DNA of 55,414 nucleotides, filler included, from Ionaspis alba (Eukaryota): NCBI GenBank assembly GCA_964255285.1. It is 2 parts of 2 records of this genome, joined end to end, with 100 filler letters (N's around TTAATTAATTAA, not from the genome) between each part and the next. Parts side by side here need not be neighbours in the genome. Positions count along the whole stretch, not along the records: positions 27,772 to 55,414 come from CAXUUL010000135.1; 1 more part is not named here. One strand, 5' to 3'. Shown piece by piece: positions 49,863 to 55,414 of this stretch (position 1 is its first letter; each line of letters starts with the position of its first letter). The notes under the pieces were generated by a model. It saw only the letters and a program-made list of their open reading frames with translations, ran no database searches and was not told where the DNA came from. The position numbers and the translations under genes were made by a program.

Positions 49863-50442
49863 AACTTGATGTAGAATCGGATCTGAGAACCTCACAGCAC
49901 ACAAAGCGGTAGTGCTTCTCCTTGGACCAGAGCACAAACTTGTATTCACAGTGTCTCCTGAGACAAGCTGAGCCATCAAAAGCACAGTAGCATCACAGGT
50001 ACTATAGGGCACGCAAGCTCCAAGCATTATTCATCAGCGAATATAGCAATGGTGCTCAATGGCTCACATCAAATGTGTTTTAACGGAGGCAAGTGCACGT
50101 GATCGTTAAGCCGCAGCATTAGGGTCTACCCCTTACACGGAAAGAGTTTCCCACATATTTTCAAGCACATTGGGGCCTTCTCTGCTTGATCCAGTGTGTC
50201 TCTCTCATAACAAGCTTTCTCCGCCACAAAATGTACGAGTTTGAAAGTGTTAGGCGTGTTTCTATAATCATTCCTACTGAACCGTTTTCTGGCTTCTTAA
50301 TCTATAGAATAGCTATCGACACAAAACTTTAGGGTTATATCCCTGTCATACCGGGACTTCAGCCTAAGCATTAATACCAAATTCTAAATGCCCTAAAGGC
50401 TTGAGGCACTGCAGGTCCTAAGCTTCCTCCAAAGACGCTTGC

Positions 50443-51540
50443 TCATGGATGTACAGTCGCACCAACAAGCACCACCGAGACAGCAGCATAAGCCGCAGTA
50501 GCAACCACTATCTCTTGGTCCCTTGCAGAAGTCGCCCAGGCAAGCACAAACGCGAAGCCAAACACGAAAATGCTTGACGTGATAAGGCTCTTTTCAAGTG
50601 AATTAATTTAGAGACATGATAAGCATCGGTAGCACAAGAGCTAGACCACCAAATAGGGCCATGGCAAGTCGCCTGTTGAATCCGTGCTTACGTACCAAGT
50701 CTTCGAGTCGAATTGTACGCTCGAACGCTTTGACCGTTGTCATACTGATCTTGTTCACTTTTCAATCTTCAGGTTCACCACCGAAGAGTCTGTCCCGGAA
50801 TGTAATGGCTGCGCTTGAAGTGGGTTATTTCCGATATCAAAGCGATGTTGGGTATGGCAGGGGTAGTGCTATTGGGAAGTTGTTCTGGAATCTGGCCTGG
50901 TATGGAATTCTGAGACTGAGACCCGAAAATCCACGGTTGAGATTCCCCGGTGAACCCACGCCCTTCTTCCCCAGTTCTGTAGAGCAGTTCTGGTGTAGAC
51001 GGAACTGGCGTCGCTGCCTGTAGCATGTCTGACTTTCAGATTAGATCACAAAGAAATTCGATACATGGTGCGTTGTAAACTGAAGAGCGACTGACTGCAG
51101 GTCTCAAGGAGTTGCTTGAAACGCTGTAACTACTCCTCCGATGTTGTGCCCTGCGATCGAGTTATCTCGGCTTCGGTGTTCATTTGCATCCAGGTATGGG
51201 GTTTCAGTATCTCAATCATTCTCTCTGAGCTGCGGTAGAACGCTGAAGAGAGGGGCAAGCCAGAGCTTACGAATGCAGGTGCTTATCTATGGGCAGCGTC
51301 GAGCTCAGGTCTGCAGCATGTGGCCACGAGTTTTCTGAAATACTCGGCTGTGAAGACCGTGGTCTTCATTTCCGCGGGGACAGATTGATTCTCTGCGTCT
51401 TTCCTATCAAGAACATTGGATACCTGTGTATACAAACGACTATCATTTGCGGCGAGGTACCAATCAGATGAGTCCGAGGATGTTGGCGGATCTATTGGCA
51501 GCTGAACCTTTGGTACCGAGTATTGAGAACGCTTCACTCG
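50443..51540 (-). pseudogene. Degraded DUF6594-like membrane protein gene
   Basis: C-terminal RLAMALFGGLALVLPMLIM..KSLITSSIFV..QEIVVATAAYAAVSVVLVG, interrupted by a 1-nt frameshift and stop near 50603. Upstream fragments carry further stops; the 5' boundary is uncertain. Confidence 0.6.
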
Positions 51541-52325
51541 CCATGCTATCTGTCTATCCTTCGGTGGATATCATGGTAGTCCAGTGCTGGTTCTGACATT
51601 CTTCCTCATGTCTGACCCAGTCTCGTGGAATCAACTTCGTTCGTGTAGTCGTATAAGTTAACATAAGCACAGCCTCGAGCGGCTGATTATTCAAAGGCAG
51701 CCACAATGAGGCGACCCGATCAACATATCACGAGAAACTTCTGCAACATGACGCAATAATGCAGCAAGATTCAATTTTGAGTGGGAATCTTCAAAATCAG
51801 CGATGAAGGCTGAACACAGGCAATGGCTCGCTCGTCGAGCGTGAAGAGAGTTGCTTCGTGGATGTATCACCGACGGACTCTAGCCTGGCAAATCAGAACC
51901 AATAGTGCCCAACGTTTACGGATCGAGAGTCTTTGAGACCTAGAACGTCTTCGTCAGTTTTAGCTGGTCGCTCACTAGATCCAGAGAATCTTAGGGGACG
52001 CCATCGGCATGGATAAGCTCCGTCGCGGATCCAGTCAACCGGGGGCCGCCAACGCATTAAAGCTCAGCTCGCGTGCATCCCCGCCGCTGAGCTGCAGTCA
52101 TCTTTTAGCCTCTAGTTATGAAAAGAGGCTGAGGTGTGTACGACACATAACTATGTCGCACGTCTGCCGCGACGTTGCTGTGTTCATGTGTGCAGATGCT
52201 CATGCATGCTTCCTGCTCTACAACGTTGAACATTCAAACTTGTTTCCGCTCCATCTCTTGAGCCTCGACTTGTTGATTCGTTTTGACTAATCTAGAGCTT
52301 CATACTGAGAAACTGAAAGACAATC

Positions 52326-53248
52326 ATGAGCCACAATTATAGCAACTACAATCCTCCAGCAATTCAGGTCACCCCACCAGCATCCTCACATGCCTCGTAC
52401 TCGAAAACATATCCTACAACCGGGTATTTCCCCATTGACGAGCAGCAAGATCATGGCCTCTATAAGAAAGATACCGTGCGTTCACCATTCCACCAACCCC
52501 AGAGAACACGAATCCCCCCTTCCCCCAGCGCGAACGACCATATCTGACATTAACTCTGCGCACCAATAGACCCTCAAACGCAACATCCGCCTCTTCCGCC
52601 TAACCTCGCGCATCCTAACCCTGATCCTCTCCACCTACACAACCTACACGCAAGCCCTCAGTCTCCATAAATACCTCACCACACGCTCCACCGTCGTCAA
52701 CGGCCGCAACCCTTGGGCCAAACAGACCGTCCTCTGGCCCGCCGCCGTCCTCCTCGCCACCTCCGCCCTCACCTGCATCGTCGCCATCGTCACTATCGCG
52801 GCCTACTTCCGGGGCATCAAGACGGCGAATCGCACGAGCGCGACGGTCGGTACTGTGGCGACAATTGCGGAGATGGCGGCTCATGTCGCGGTTTGGATTG
52901 GGGCTGTGGCGGCTTATAGAGCTGGCAGGACGGAAAGTGATCTTTGGGGGTGGAGCTGTAGTGATAAGGCGGATGCGATTCAGGAGCAGTTTTCGTCGGT
53001 GGTGGATTTTGGGAAGTTGTGTGATACGCAGGTTTGTTCAACCATATCCCCCTTCCCTGGGGTGTTTGAGTTCGGATCTGGACGACGGCTGATGGGTGAA
53101 ATTGCAGACGAATGCTTGGTATACGAGTATGGCGCAGGCCGCGCTGGCGATAACGACGTTGGTGATTTGGGGACTTGCGTGGAGGAGGGTGAAGCATAAG
53201 GAGAGGATTGAGAAACATTCCTCTTTGCTGCAGCCGATGGGACATTAA
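52326..53248 (+). CDS. Four-TM fungal membrane protein (MARVEL-like, DLWGWSC motif)
   Basis: Exons about 52326-52474, 52571-53031 and 53108-53248: LKRNIRLFRLTSRIL..NPWAKQTVLWP..SDLWGWSCSDKADAIQ..VDFGKLCDTQ|TNAWY. Confidence 0.8.
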
Positions 53249-53508
53249 TTCGACTTGTGATTTTTCTTTTTGTAGCAGATTTAGCGAGGACCGGGGAAGT
53301 GCTAGGAGGCGTTGGGCTAGTGGATAGGGAGAATGGTGGACCTATTTCTTCATGTTGGATCGACGACTTAAGCAGTCCTCACCACGACTCAAATATCAAT
53401 TTGAATATCTTCAAATGGTATCAAGCTAAAATCAGACCAGCTCCAGTCGTAGAAAACTGGCTAAAAGATTTGATCATAAATTTCATCCAGTGCACCATGT
53501 TTTGTTTC

Positions 53509-55227
53509 TCATCCTATCCGCTTTTCAAGCTTTCTCAAGAACCGATTGACACCTTTCTCCACCCGTTCTGCACCCTGTTCCAGCCTCCCTGCCTGTTGAC
53601 CAGGTCCCGGTGCAGAGGATTTGCGGCCGCCATGGCCGTGCATCTCCGCCTCTGTTGGCCTGTAGACTTGACTGTGAATGCTGTGATCGTCGCCATGCGA
53701 GTGGTGATGATGGTGATGCTGCCCAGAGCTCGATTGATCGTATTGATAGTCAGAATAGCCGCCTACTGGCGGTTGTGGCTGAGGCCTAGAAGCGAGATAG
53801 TCGGGATATTGCGGTTGTAGGTGCTGTAACGGTTGAGGTGGTGGACCAACGTAAGAGTTTCCTAGTATCTGGACTGTTGGAGAAGCCATTGACGCGGCAC
53901 CTTGACCGTAAGGATGAGCATTTGGATCTTGTGGCCTACTATACGGTGAATTTATCGCAGGGGCCGGACTCGTAGCGCTAGGATGAGATGCCGGAGGATG
54001 GGAAGGGTCGTTGTGGGGAATGTAAGGATTGGCAGGAGATACGGCCTTTTGAGGTGGTGGTGGAGGAAAGGAGGACACGCTGGAGGTTCGGTTTCCTGGT
54101 ATAGACGATGTTGGCGACGTAGCATATGTCCCAGAAGGTGGAGGCGACATGGTGTACGCTCCTGATGGCTGAGGCGATGTATAGCCAGAAGACACGTGAC
54201 TTTGAGGTGAGCCAGGATAGGCTTGCGGAGCTTGCGGAGCCTGTGGGTGTCCTGGTGGCGGCGGAGGAAACGATCCATGAGGCTGAGGGCCTTGAGCTTG
54301 GACGTGATCATTGTAAGCAGCTGCAGCTAAACCAGTGCCTGCTGCAGCCTCTGGCGGTGGAGGAGTCTTCTCGCGGTGTTTGATCACTTCTGGAGCTGGT
54401 GGAGCTGCTGGGTTGTATGCCAATGGTGTGAATGCTTTGGGATCTTCATGTTTTGATTCGTCGTGAATGACTTGCGCCGGTACTCCGTGAGTTGCCTGTG
54501 CAGGAACTGGAGATGCTATAGGTATTGATGCAGTCCTCGAGTTGCGGGTCTGACCATTGTGATACGCTGGATCGGTGATTGCCACGTTTTCAAGCTGCTG
54601 AACAACGGGGCTCATCAGCTGTGCGTGAGGTTCCGGCGCTGGTGGCGCGACAATTTGCAGTTGTTCCTGCGATAACGTCTTCCTAGCGTTGTCGATGAAG
54701 GCTTGAGCATCTTCGTTGGTCCAAAAGTAGAGGTCGAGAGTGTGAAGGCGGAACAGGAACTTCCCCTCATCTCGAGGATCCGTGCTCGGTAGCCGCCAGT
54801 GATATTCATGAGGTTGTGCCGGTCTCGAAGATTGATGACCATCGACTGTGATTGTACATAACGTGGGATGTTTGTAGGATTGAGCCAATTTGGCGGAGTC
54901 GAGATCTACTAGGTGTTAGCCACCACTTGTGCTATCGATTGAAATGCTTTGAGCAGCCTCACATCCAGTGAATGCATCCTGCTCAGGCGTGCCGGCATGG
55001 TTCGCTATCTCCAGCCTCCCTCTCTTTTGAGCCGCATCTCGATAGAGATAGACATATGAGCCTTTGTCGAATCTGTGATGCAATGGCCTTGGACTAGGCT
55101 CCTCGAAGTAGTAATGAACATCTGCAAATCTATACAGGATTTTCGAATCAGAAATGTATATCAGTCATCGACTGGACCTAGAAGATACGTACAGAGTAAT
55201 CAAGCGCTCTTCTCCGTTAGAGGCCAT
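53509..55227 (-). CDS. Conserved fungal protein with a globular N-terminal domain and long Pro/His-rich tail
   Basis: ATG 55227 MASNGEERLITL|FADVHYYF..HHRFDKGSYVYLY..LEIANHAGTPEQDAFTG|..FLFRLHTLDLYFW; ends RVEKGVNRFLRKLEKRIG*. Confidence 0.82.
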
Positions 55228-55414
55228 GGCTTTGTACCCGAGATGTGATTTTGACTGTCTGGAACTTTGCAGAGAGCTATCTGAGCAATCGGATTGTGAT
55301 GTTTGCCCCGTGCCTAGGGACAGTAGGCACCCACAGTAGGAACTAGGCTTAAAACGATAATTTTACCTTAAAAATTTCACGACATTTTTATATTTTATAA
55401 TATTTTGGAAATTT

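Overview
Gene-dense, intron-containing genomic DNA from a filamentous ascomycete (Pezizomycotina; Eurotiomycetes-like by protein style, which is inference). It is a scaffold with five 100-nt gaps. One gap holds an artificial TTAATTAATTAA linker and two are flanked by exact 55-nt duplications. I resolved about 30 loci by reading GT..AG introns and CTRAY branch sites by hand. The conserved backbone includes POT1, importin alpha, MAS2, TOM22, PHS1, DUG3, TUL1, BNA4, MAP1, pyruvate kinase, LYS12, a four-exon DUF1748-like gene missed by the ORF track, and several lipid and membrane genes. Accessory or decaying material is interspersed: a probable repeat relic and a pseudogene at 8.6-10.3 kb, an accessory block at 24.5-32 kb, and two pseudogenes at 48.9-51.5 kb. 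The best novelty candidate is a three-exon prepro-peptide (signal peptide, Kex2 KR site, 66-aa cationic mature peptide with 8 Cys and a gamma-core motif). It sits tail-to-tail with an F-box/LRR gene and close to a Gly-X-Lys repeat orphan and a PAQR gene with one premature TGA. Family assignments come from motif recognition only; no database searches were run.
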